DNA of 63,549 nucleotides, counting the filler, from Sluysia triapertura (taxonomy: Eukaryota): assembly GCA_046118255.1 (NCBI GenBank). It is 5 parts of 5 records of this genome, joined end to end, with 100 filler letters (N's around TTAATTAATTAA, not from the genome) between each part and the next. Parts side by side here need not be neighbours in the genome. Positions count along the whole stretch, not along the records: positions 52,161 to 63,549 come from JBJNIA010185213.1; 4 more parts are not named here. One strand, 5' to 3'. Under the pieces are notes generated by a model. The model was not told where the DNA came from and did no database searches. It saw nothing but the letters and a program-made list of their open reading frames with translations. How positions within the stretch are numbered: position 1 is the first letter of the stretch; every line of letters begins with the position of its first letter. The translations under genes were made by a program, and so were the position numbers. Positions 52,850 through 63,549 of this stretch are shown one piece after another.

Positions 52850-53563
52850 CAGTTGTGGCCAAATTATTAGACTAGAGACAATTTTTGTGATAAAATTCAA
52901 CATTTTTTCAAGGATGCTGTGAAACTATTAATCAAAAATGTATAAATACATGCCTTTTACCGTCATTGGTCAAAGAAAATGTAAAATGTTGGAAAAGAGC
53001 TACTTTCTCCAAAAAAATTCTGGTGAAAGTAAAATAATAGATAAAAATACTGAGATCCAAAACATACAGAAATTTTATTCATGTAGAATAATAATAACAC
53101 AATTTACTACAAATCAAATATGTACAAAATTTGTTATCCAATAATTTCCTGATCCTTAACCCTTTCAGCCCCGAATTTCTTTTCCTTAAGTTATATGGTG
53201 ATTTATTGTCTTTATAGATGATGATTTAGGAAAATTGTATGAAAATATATAGGTCAAAGTTCAAACATAAATATCCATTGAAAAGTTACGAAAAAGTTTA
53301 TAAAAAGTTAGTTGTGTAAGAGAAAAAATCGCCATTAACGCCATATGGCGGTCCCGGGGCTGAAATGGTTAAAAACATGCCACGGATGCCATACTTTTAT
53401 GAGGGTTTCAATAAGTTGGGTATGGTGGTTGGTTAATGGGCAGAAACTCTCCTTTTGACATTCTCCCACAAACTTTTTATGGGAGTCATGTCTGGAGAGT
53501 TTCCAGGCCAGACATCGAGAAACATCTTTTTCATGTTTTAGTCTAATAATTTGGCCACCATTG
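52850..53563 (-). mobile_element. Internally deleted Tc1-family transposon
   Basis: 25-bp TIRs at 52850-52874 and 53539-53563 (CAGTTGTGGCCAAATTATTAGACTA, 23/25 match), with TA on the right flank. The minus strand at ~53523-53385 encodes LDVWPGNSPDMTPIKSLWENVKRRV, the Tc1 WPxxSPDLNPIENLW motif. Confidence 0.9.
53160..53368. mobile_element. piggyBac-type MITE nested in the Tc1 remnant
   Basis: TTAA on both sides (53156-53159, 53369-53372) and 14-bp TIRs CCCTTTCAGCCCCG / CGGGGCTGAAATGG (13/14 match). Confidence 0.9.
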
Positions 53564-53994
53564 TAACTTATAACAATAATGACAGAACAAGTTCAAGCAT
53601 ATTGTACAAAAAATCGTTATTTTCATACCAAGATTCTTGGTTAATAATCTTAATCGATATAATAACTAAAGCTATTCTTTCAATCAATCTGACGCAAGTT
53701 AGTATTATTAGATCTTTTCGCTAAAACTTTAAAATCATCGTTTACTTTTACGTTTTTATGTTTCAAGTAATAATTAATCACTGAGTAAGTACTCGCTGTT
53801 AAAATTGAATTTAAAACTAGTCGTAAAATTTTTATTGCTTTACATTGATGTAGCTGTTTAGATAACGAAATTAAACATTCAGTATTGATATGATTATTAA
53901 AAACTCAAATATGATAATTCAATATTCCACATATGATTCGTAGCATGACAAGACTTAAAAATTAATAGTACTATTAGATGATATCGAAATAGTT

Positions 53995-55044
53995 TTAATT
54001 GATTGTGATATTGTGAATTGATTGGATGATGAGAGAGTATAAAATATAGATTTCAACCGTGACAATAATGATGATAGATCTGAACATCCATGCTTAGGTT
54101 AAGGTCTTTAATTTTATTTATTTATTTATTATTAAAATAAAATAAACAACTAGTTTTATTTTAAAAATATTAAATTTGTTAATATTAAAGTTTTTATTTT
54201 TTAAATTGATATTATTATGTAAAAGAATCATGAAAATAAAGACATTTATAATAATTATAACAGCTAAAGAATACTTTGACATTCCAAAGAACTATATAAG
54301 TTGTTGAGATCTTTTGGAGGTTGAAATGTACCCAAAAACCTTTGAAGGTATTAGAACACCTTTGAGATTTTTAATTTTGAGACCATCTAAGACTCTATTA
54401 ACCTTTATGTATTCTGGAAACATTGATAAGCATAAAAGATCTTCGAGTAATATTATAAAGTGTATAAAATCTTTAAAATGTTTGAAATTAGTGGGAGACC
54501 TCATTCGCTATTTTATTTTAAAGTATTAAATTTATTATTTTTATAAAGGAGTTTTATCATTATTTAGAGGGAGACTCCCTTCGTTATTTTATTCTAAAAT
54601 ATTAAATTTATTTTTGATTTTAAGTAATTGTATTATCACTTTACAATTGTTCTTTTAAAATATAATAGTTATCCAACATTAATATTTTAAACTTCCTGTA
54701 TATTGATATTCTTAGTCTGTTGCGTTACTCATGGTTGTTTTATTTTAAAGAATTTGTAATATCCTGGTTATTATTGTAAACGCTATTTTTATTTTTGTCA
54801 TTTTAATAATGACTCATATTAATAATAATAATTTTTTTTCGATTTTTATTTAATAGTACATTATTGTTTTAGTTTCGATTTGATTTTCAAGCACCTTAAA
54901 TTTGGTATAATAGTTATCGATATTATAAAAGAAGATTACGGCAAAATTATACTTGATACACTGACTCTTGAAATTATTAAGGTTTAAGCTGATCAAGTTA
55001 ATAATATTGAGTTGTAATAACAAACAAATTTTAAAGACGCAACA
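53995..55044 (+). mobile_element. Repeat family A, rearranged copy ending AAAGACGCAACA
   Basis: Segments match the reverse complement of 55981-56140, 56935-57190 and 55116-55442. Confidence 0.8.
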
Positions 55045-55115
55045 ATAATGCAAATATTATCAAATAAACGATAATAAAAATAATGCTGGAAAACAATTTT
55101 CGCTATAAGTATTAT

Positions 55116-57308
55116 TGTTGCGTCTTTCAAATTTATTATTTATTATAGCTCAATCTGATCTCGTTTAGCTTAAAATAGTCTTAATAATTTCAGTAGTAAG
55201 TATATCAAATATAATTTTGTCGTAATCTTCTTTTATAATATTAATAATAATTATACCAAATTTAAGTTCTTGAAAATCAAATCAAAACTAAGACAATGAT
55301 TATTAAACAAAAAATCGTAATATAATTTATTACCAATAAGAATCTTTACTAAATACTGAGAACAACTAAACGACAAAAAATAACAAAATCAAACAACCAC
55401 AAAACAACCAGGAGTGACGCCACAGACATTAACAATATCAAAGTCTATAAAATTAATAGTAATTATGTTATTTAAATATTTTGTGGTCAACGTAACAAAG
55501 AATGATGACCATTATAATGAAATTCCTTGATAATAATACCTTTCTATTAAAAACTTATCAATAATGTCTGAAGGTAAAATACTCAGTTCTCTGATATAAT
55601 AAATTGAGTAAAGTGTTTCTCTTCAATTCACCTTAAAAATAACTGAAAATCAAATATGATTTAAATATAATCCTCAACAAAAATTACGTAAACTGTTTCT
55701 CAATTAATAAATAAAAATGAAATATAGTCTTAACAAAAATTGCGTAAGGAGTCTCTTATTAATCCTCCTTAAAACAGCTGAAAAGCAAATACAATTTAAA
55801 TATAATATTCAACAAAAACTACGTGAAATTTTTCTCACTTAATTATCTTAAAAATAGTTTTTTAACAAAAATTGCAAAAGGAGTTTCTTATCAACTCACC
55901 TTACAAGTAGACTAAAAAATTAACTAAAAGTGACACAATATTAAAATTATTCAAATTGAAATGAGATCAATCACTTATATTATTTTAATAAAATAATAAA
56001 TAAATAAATAAAAATTAAAAACTTTACCCTATACATGGATTTTCATATATATCATCATCATTGTCATTATTGTAAAAATTTTGAAATCTTTATTTTATAC
56101 TCTCTCATCATCCAATCAATTCACAATCTCACAACCAAACACTCTGTCACACAAATAATCCTAACCTTTTTGAGAATCAGACCGCCAATAACAACTTTGA
56201 TAACTACATGTTACGGTCTGTCACACTTAATTAAGTAGAAAACATAGAAATCTTATTTATTATCAACCATCATTTTCTTTTACTCTACTCAATTTATTTT
56301 TACTTAAATTACATCTCACATTAAAATAACAATAAACAATATTAACATACATAAAAAATAATGAATTTAGAATTTCACTTTTTAGAATTTAATTAGTTTT
56401 CGATTTTTCACACCCAATTTTCTAATGAAAAATGTTTTCAGGTTCTTATTCTCAAACGAACCATTCTACAAACATTTCAATCTCACTTCTCTTTCATAGA
56501 TTCATTATATTTGCATCACTCTAAGTATAAAAATTTGACATTCAATAATTAAAAAGTAATTAAAATTTGACTTTGCTCAATATTAAGACTTTCTTTGCAC
56601 GAACTCGGTCCAACCATACCTTCATTGAAAGGTCTTTTCAAAACAAATACATACGCAGTTTCAAATTCAACATAGCATTCCGCATTCAAAAGTTATTCAC
56701 GAAAAACATACTTTTTCTTAATTAAGTCAATTAAGATTTTTAATTAATTAATATATTTTCAGACTTAATCTTATTCTACGTTTAAAGGTTTTATTGATAT
56801 TTTAAAATTATTTAGTAGTTTATAAGGCATTCAGGAGGCTCTAGATGTTTTCACCTTCACCTCTCTGATTCATTTGCCTTGTTCTTCATGTTAATTATTA
56901 CCATATTATTTTAAATAACGATTTTATTTCTCAATCATTTTAAAGATTTTATACACTTTATAATATTACTCGAAGATATTTGATGATTATCAATGTTTTC
57001 AGAATACTTAAAGGTTAATAGAGTCTTAGATGATCTCAAAATTAACAAGTTGAAAGGTAATCTAATGACATCAAAGGTTTTCCAAGTCACTTTCAAGCTT
57101 TCACAAGGTCTCAACACCTTATATAGGTTTTGGGAATGTCAAGGTATTCTTTATCTGTTAAAATTATTATAAGTGTTTTTTTATCATGGTTCGAATTTCA
57201 ACAATGTTTATAATGTTCAATCCATCAATTTGTATAAGTTCTTCATTTATTTTATGATTTTATATGCTTCTTACTCATCTTCTAATCTAGAGTTTGGCAA
57301 TCTCAACA
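55116..57308 (-). mobile_element. Repeat family A, longest copy (~2.2 kb)
   Basis: Both termini are present (TGTTGAGATTGCC... and ...AAAGACGCAACA on the minus strand). Internal ~135-bp tandem units at 55600-55910. No long ORF. Confidence 0.8.
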
Positions 57309-57319
57309 ATATTATGATG

Positions 57320-57660
57320 AACTTTAATGAGGTTCAATGACCTATATAAGTGTTTGAAACCTCACGGAAGCTTGAGATGGACTTGAAAAACCTTTCAAAG
57401 CATTAAATTACCTTTAAAATTGTACACTTACTCTTGGAACATCGATAAGCATTTGAGATTCTCTAGTAACCTTATAAAGTATTTAAAATTTTTATTATCG
57501 GTATTAAAGATAAATATTCGTAAAATTAATATAAGGAAGTAGAAAATGAATCAGAGAAAATAACTAGAGCCTCATGAAAGCCTTATAAACTACTAAATAA
57601 CTTTAGGTGCTTAATAAAAACCTTTAAGCTAAAATAAAATTAAGTCTAAAAATAGATTAA
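57320..57660 (+). mobile_element. Repeat family A internal fragment
   Basis: Matches 2520-2822 (CTAGAG.C.C.TGAA, AATAA.ATTAAGTCTAAAA). Confidence 0.65.
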
Positions 57661-57662
57661 TT

Positions 57663-58450
57663 TGTTGCGTCTTTCAAATTATTATTACTGTAATTCAATA
57701 TTAATTCAATTAGTTTAAAAAGAATGTCACTTATCCAAGTACTCCCAAAATAAAGTATAAGTTTTCAAAAATTCTCTTATTTAATATCAATAATTATTCA
57801 TCCCAAAATTAAGCTCTTGGAAATCAAATCAAAAATAACACAATAATTTACTATTAAACAAAAATCAAAATATAATTTATTATTAATATAAATATCTACT
57901 AAATAATATTCAAACCGGCTAAAAAGGTCAAGATTAATAATAATATTTATAATAATATTAAGGACACTACATTATAACTAAAAAATAGAAGTGACGCAAG
58001 AGACTAAAAATATCAATATCTAGAAAGTGAAGAATAATGATAGTGCCCAAGTATTTTTAGATAACTTAACCAAGCGTAACTACGAATAAATATTACAAAA
58101 AAAATTAATATAAAAAATTAATATTTGAAAAATAAACAAAACTAATTTTAAAGTCCCAAAAAGATAAATTGCAAAGGGGGTCTCCCACCAAAAGATTTTA
58201 AAATCCCTTAAAAAATAGATAAAATAATAATGTTGATAATAATCAGAATATTAAAACGATATTAAAATAATAAATTAGAATAATAAAATAATAAAATATC
58301 CTTACCAAGATCATGGATCTTCTTAATTCTGCAAATCTTCTTGGGTTCTGTGATTGTATGATTGTGTTGTAAAAATTTCGAAATTTTTATTCTATACTCT
58401 CTCATCATCCAACAATCCCAAGTCTCAATCAAACACTCTCGCACAAATCG
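57663..58450 (-). mobile_element. Repeat family A right-end fragment
   Basis: Begins TGTTGCGTCTTTCAAATT and is colinear with 55116-56150. Confidence 0.75.
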
Positions 58451-59414
58451 TGGTGGCCAACCTATTACTTTGACAATTTTATTTTACCATTACATAACAA
58501 AATCACTCTTCACTAAAATCATTTTTCATATGTCAAAACATTTTATTCATTATCTTATAACATTTGTATCACAATTACATTTTAAACCTTCGAACACACA
58601 TCTCAAAAATTCAATCTATAATATTTTACGTTTACAATCCTCAACATTCAATCCTTAATAACACTGAAAACATTAAATCAACAATTTTAAACCATTTTTA
58701 GACATTTCAACCAAATTGTTACTTTTTAACATTTCTAGTTACGCACTATTTCATATAGACATTCTCCTATCAATTCTTCATACACATTGCGTAGTTCACT
58801 AATCACCGAATAAGGTCTTCTTCAGAAGAATTTGAAGAGAATTTTAATCTTTATCATTTTTCAAGGAATTTAAGTATGTTTAGAAACAGAAGAATTAAAA
58901 GAAAGATCGTGTTTTTAAAATTTTAAAAGGAATTTGTCTTTATTTTTTTGTATTATTATTATTTTAACATTAACTACATCATAATTATCATATAACTATT
59001 ATTATTTTGGTAACCATTTTATTGTCATTTTATTCACACAATCATTGTTCTTGTTCTTATTCTTACTATTACATTTTGTTATCTACTACCCCATGCAGAT
59101 TATATGTTTATATTTTTTAGGAGTTTAAGAACATCAACAATGAGACATACGCAGAAAATAATTAGTCCAAATCAAAATTTAATTTTAAATGTTATAGAAT
59201 CTAAAAAATTAAATCGCTTATGTGTCCTATTTTATTTTTATTTCATGAATAAAAAAATTAATGATAATTTAATCAAATGTCATAATAATTTTGTAATTTT
59301 TGAATCTTTTACAATGTTAAATATAAATGATTTAATTAAGTTAATAAAGTTACATAATAAATATCAATTAAATCAAAATTTTAAAATTATAACTATACTT
59401 CAACAATATTTATC

Positions 59415-59740
59415 ACAACACAAATCATCCAAACCTCTTTGAGAATCAGATCTACAATAACAACTTTGACAATTACATGGTACGATCTGTCAAACTTCAT
59501 TAGGTACCAAACATAGAAATTTGATTTATTATCAACCATCATTTCCTTTTACTCTACTCAATTTATTTTTTACTTAAATTACTTCTCATATTAAAATAAC
59601 AATCAACAATATTTTTAACATACATAAAAAATAATGAATTTAATTTCACTTTTTAGGATTTAATTAATTTTCGATTTTCCTCTTTCACAGCAATGATCTC
59701 ATATTCAATTCATTACATTTGATCATTTTAAGTATTGTCA
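59415..59740 (-). mobile_element. Repeat family A internal fragment
   Basis: Close match to 56148-56410 and 56490-56530. Confidence 0.8.
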
Positions 59741-60700
59741 GTGTGTAAAATGTTTAATGTAAAAAATTATTTAAAATTGTGTAAAAATCAATTGTAAATA
59801 TAAAAATGTAATAAAATAAATTTAAATAGTTGATATTTTGCTGGAATTATTATCATTATTATTATTAAAAAACTGAAATTATTATTAAAGAAATATTATT
59901 ATTATTATTATTTCAATACCCAATTATTATTATTAAAAAATATTAAAGATATTATATTGCATGCATTAGTAAAATTAAGGTGATTGAAATGGTTTAAATT
60001 AAATGGTTTTCTAACATACATTTAATAATAAAATTTTTCTGATAAAATTTTTTTGCTAGTTGTTGGTTGCAGCTCTGCTTAATTTAGTTATTCAATCAAT
60101 AATCATCCATCTGATTTATTTGTATCACTGGTTATAACGATAAATTTTTGAAAGGATAAATTGAACTATAATTTATTTCATAATTATAATTTATGGCTAA
60201 TCGTTAGTTGATCTTTTAATTGTTTATTTAATTATATTCGTTCATAAAAAATAATAAAATTATACTAAATTAGTACAAAGTTTATTGCTGAATTAAAGAA
60301 ATAAAGGAATATTATTATTACATGATAATATACATAATTTCATTTTTTATTATAATTTTTGTTTTTACGATTGTCATTTATAAGGTAAAATTCCAACTTT
60401 GTAACAATTATATTTGTGTATAAATTTATATCAGTTTACATTGTTAATTTATTTTAATTTGAACTTAATTGTGTATACTTAATTTATTATTTTGTTAAAT
60501 ATATTAAAAACTATTGAAATTCTAAGTTTCTACAACAGATTTAAGATAGCCTTTTCGCTAACTATTAAATTGGATAATTATAAAATTGATAAAATTCAAT
60601 AATCACTAAATTGTTATTCTAATTTATTTCAAAATGTATTTTTAGATGGAATAGAAAATTCCAATTACATTTAAACTTGCTATAAACAACAGAAGACAAA

Positions 60701-60806
60701 TATATTGTGAGAATTTTGTTTTTTTATATTTATATTAATATATCTTACGTGAGTCCTCTAGGACACTGGGCTTACGCACTCAAGGGCCAGCACATAGATG
60801 TCAGCA
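60701..60806 (+). repeat. Motif B variant; left arm of an inverted pair
   Basis: GTGAGTCCTCTAGGACACTGGGCTTACGCACTCAAGGGCCAGCACATAGATG followed by AAATAAATAAA. Inverted homolog at 61702-61809. Confidence 0.8.
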
Positions 60807-61701
60807 TCGAAATAAATAAATATTATATTTGCTAATCATTTGATTTTATTTAAGATCCAGAATGATCTATTTAGTTTCACTATTTTTTAACGTAAAGAAA
60901 ACTATAATTACACAATGCTTTAAAACATATTTAAGACAAAACACGATTATTCAAATACAATTATTTATTAATAAAACTTAAATTGTAAAATATACAGGAT
61001 ACAATTTAAAATACAATATTCAAATGTTCAAAGTAAACAATAATCAAAATATTTAAAAAATAATTATCAAAGACGATATACAATGTAATTTAAGACAATA
61101 TATATTCAAAAAATTTCAATGACTGTTAATATAATTATATCAAAATATTCAGAGTAAAATCAACGTTAAGTATAATATACCAATGTTTCGTTAATAATAT
61201 TAATTTTATAATTTTATAATTAATTAATATTGCGCCTTGTATTTTATTAACAAATATTATACGGTAATAAAATTTACAAAATTTTGATTTTATTTTAAGT
61301 AAAATTTATTTTCTTACAAAAATGAAAAAATCTTAAAATATATGATAACAAATATATAATTAAAACAATAATAGTAAATAATAATAATTTAGGATAATAA
61401 TAATTTCAATTTTATTTCAATTTTTAAAAATCCTTATTATTATGCTCATAAAAATCTCATTTAATTTAATAATTCTTTCAATTAATAATTACATATAATA
61501 TATATAATTCAATAATTATATAATAATTATTATTATACACAATTTAATAATTATATAATAGCCATTATCAAATTTAATAATTATATAATAGCTATTATGT
61601 ACAAAATACCTTTAAAATATTTAATCAAAGTTCAATTTTAACAAATTTCAAATTTCCTTTACAATATATTTTTGACCTCCAATTTCCATATTTCTTACTC
61701 C

Positions 61702-61809
61702 CTGGCATCTATGCATCGGCCCTTAAGTGCGTAAGCCCGGCGTTATAGGGGACTCACTTATATATAAAACACTTAATGATTATTATTCAAAGCAAAATTC
61801 TCACAGTAT
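61702..61809 (-). repeat. Motif B variant; right arm of an inverted pair
   Basis: Minus strand reads TGTGAGAATTTTG...GTGAGTCCCCTATAACGCCGGGCTTACGCACTTAAGGGCCGATGCATAGATG. Confidence 0.8.
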
Positions 61810-61829
61810 AAAAAATGCAACATTTCATA

Positions 61830-62000
61830 ATTAAGAATTAATTAAAAATTTGACTTTGCTCAATATTAAGGCTTTCCTTCCATAAACCTGGTCAAGCCAT
61901 ATTTTCATCGAAAGGTCTATTTAAAACAAATATATATACAATTTCAAATTTTATGTAGCATTTAAGCGTTATTCACAAAATCGTATTTTTCCTTAATTAA
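61830..62000 (-). mobile_element. Repeat family A internal fragment
   Basis: Matches 56555-56725. Confidence 0.75.
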
Positions 62001-62511
62001 GTTGGGATTCCTAATTGTGAATCAGGAAATGAGAGAGAAACATATGGAGCTATAAGATGAAGAGAAAACTTATACGAATTGATGGATTGAACATTATAAA
62101 CATTGTCGAAATAAAAATCATGAAAATAAAAACATCTGTAGTAATTTTAACAGATAAAGAATACCTTGACATTCCAAATACCTATATAATGTGTTGAGAC
62201 CATGCGAAAGCTTGAAAGTGAATTGGAAAACCTTATAAACTTTATAAACATTATAAACATTATTGTTAATTTCATCATTTTTAATATTGTTTAATGGAGA
62301 ATTATAATAATAATTTGAATTTGATTTTTGTTTAAACAGTAAATTATTGTGTTATAATTGATTTGATTTTCCAAAACTTATTATTATCAAAGTAAGAAAA
62401 TTACTGAAAATTTATATTTGACATAGTGAGTACTGAAATTGTTGATATTAGTTTTAAGCTAATTAAATTGATATTAATTTATCATAGCTGATAATTTTCA
62501 AAGATGCAACA
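62001..62511 (+). mobile_element. Repeat family A, internally deleted short copy retaining both ends
   Basis: Starts GTTGGGATT, ends AAAGATGCAACA, and lacks the central ~1.5 kb. Confidence 0.7.
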
Positions 62512-63405
62512 AATGTTTGAAGAGCGTGAGATTCATAAACATAAAGTTAATTAAAATTAATTTAAAATTATATTTTATTTAAAATTAAAATTATATTTAA
62601 AATTATATTATTATATTATATTATATACTAGTGAATAAGAACTCACAAAAAGAGCCAAACAGCATCAAGTTCAATGTTATATGTGATGTAAACGCACGAA
62701 TATTTAAAGAGATCGAAAAGCTTAGGCTAGTAGTAATCTTATCTATGAGTATCACTCTGAAACGCAATAAATTTACAATGATAAAAATATTTAGCCCGAT
62801 TATAAATTTGGATTGTACACAAGTAGAGTTTTTCTAAATAATATTGAAGATGGCGAATTACATTCATTCTATTATTTTACAGTAATTATTGAATTTATTG
62901 AATATTCTAAAAATGTATCGTCTCCTTTTTGCCTCTGTCATTAAGTTAAATTCGTATAAAGTATATTTTCCTCATTTTATAAAATTTTATATTTTTAACA
63001 AAATGGAAAGTAACAAGTCATTGAAATAGAAGAGTATTTTGAGACGATCTTTAAATGTAGCAGAAATCATTACAACGATAAATTTTGTCTTTATGTAATA
63101 AATATATTAATGCTTTTACATTATAATATTGTCGATCATATAAATGTAGGTTGAATAAATCTTGATTTAAAATATAAGTATGTCTTAGATAAAAAAAACT
63201 GGTTAAAATATGTCGAATCTCTGAAGCCTTATCATATACTGACAGATAATATAAATGCTAAACTGATTAGATTATAACGATTCGACTGCCGAATCAAATC
63301 AAAATAATACAGCATCTTATGTACATTCAATAAATATATTCCATTTCTTTTTCTTATATTCATTTTCTAGCCGTACAAATAAACCGATCATAAAATCAAT
63401 AAAAG

Positions 63406-63549
63406 TGTTGGGATTGCCCAACTTTGGATTAGGAGACGAGTAGAAGACATATAGAATTATAAATGAAGGAAGAATTGATGAGAAGTAGCAGATGAAGTAT
63501 TGTAAACACTGTTGAAATAAGAATCATGAAAGAGAGAACATTTATAATG
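63406..63549 (+). mobile_element. Repeat family A left end, running off the window
   Basis: TGTTGGGATTGCCCAACTTTGG... Confidence 0.85.

Noticed and set aside
54292-59442. Several 60-112 aa ORF-track entries
   Set aside because: They lie in or beside family A copies, are not conserved in frame between copies, and show AT-codon low complexity.

Overview
This is very AT-rich eukaryotic DNA, probably animal given the spliced PDE4 and MCM4 exons and L2 LINE remnants. It comes from a draft scaffold with five 100-base gaps, four of which carry an artificial TTAATTAATTAA linker. The only confidently recognisable host coding sequence is two PDE4/dunce exons (16678-16927) and the terminal exon of MCM4 (51024-51304). 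The rest is mostly decayed mobile DNA: about 12 pieces of a 1.7-2.2 kb TGTTG...CAACA element (solo-LTR-like), two L2 3' ends, a Tc1 remnant carrying a nested piggyBac MITE, hAT- and piggyBac-like termini, a tRNA-like insert and (TAT)n microsatellites. The most unusual part is a ~4.4 kb block between direct repeats (29664-34111). It holds a frameshifted chuvirus/herpes-gB-like fusion glycoprotein gene followed by a RING-H2 gene in which two zinc-ligand Cys codons are TGA. A second unusual part is an array of five AGGTTC-N6/7-GAACCT palindromes (48300-48516) among intronless orphan ORFs. All family assignments come from motif recognition by eye; no database searches were run.
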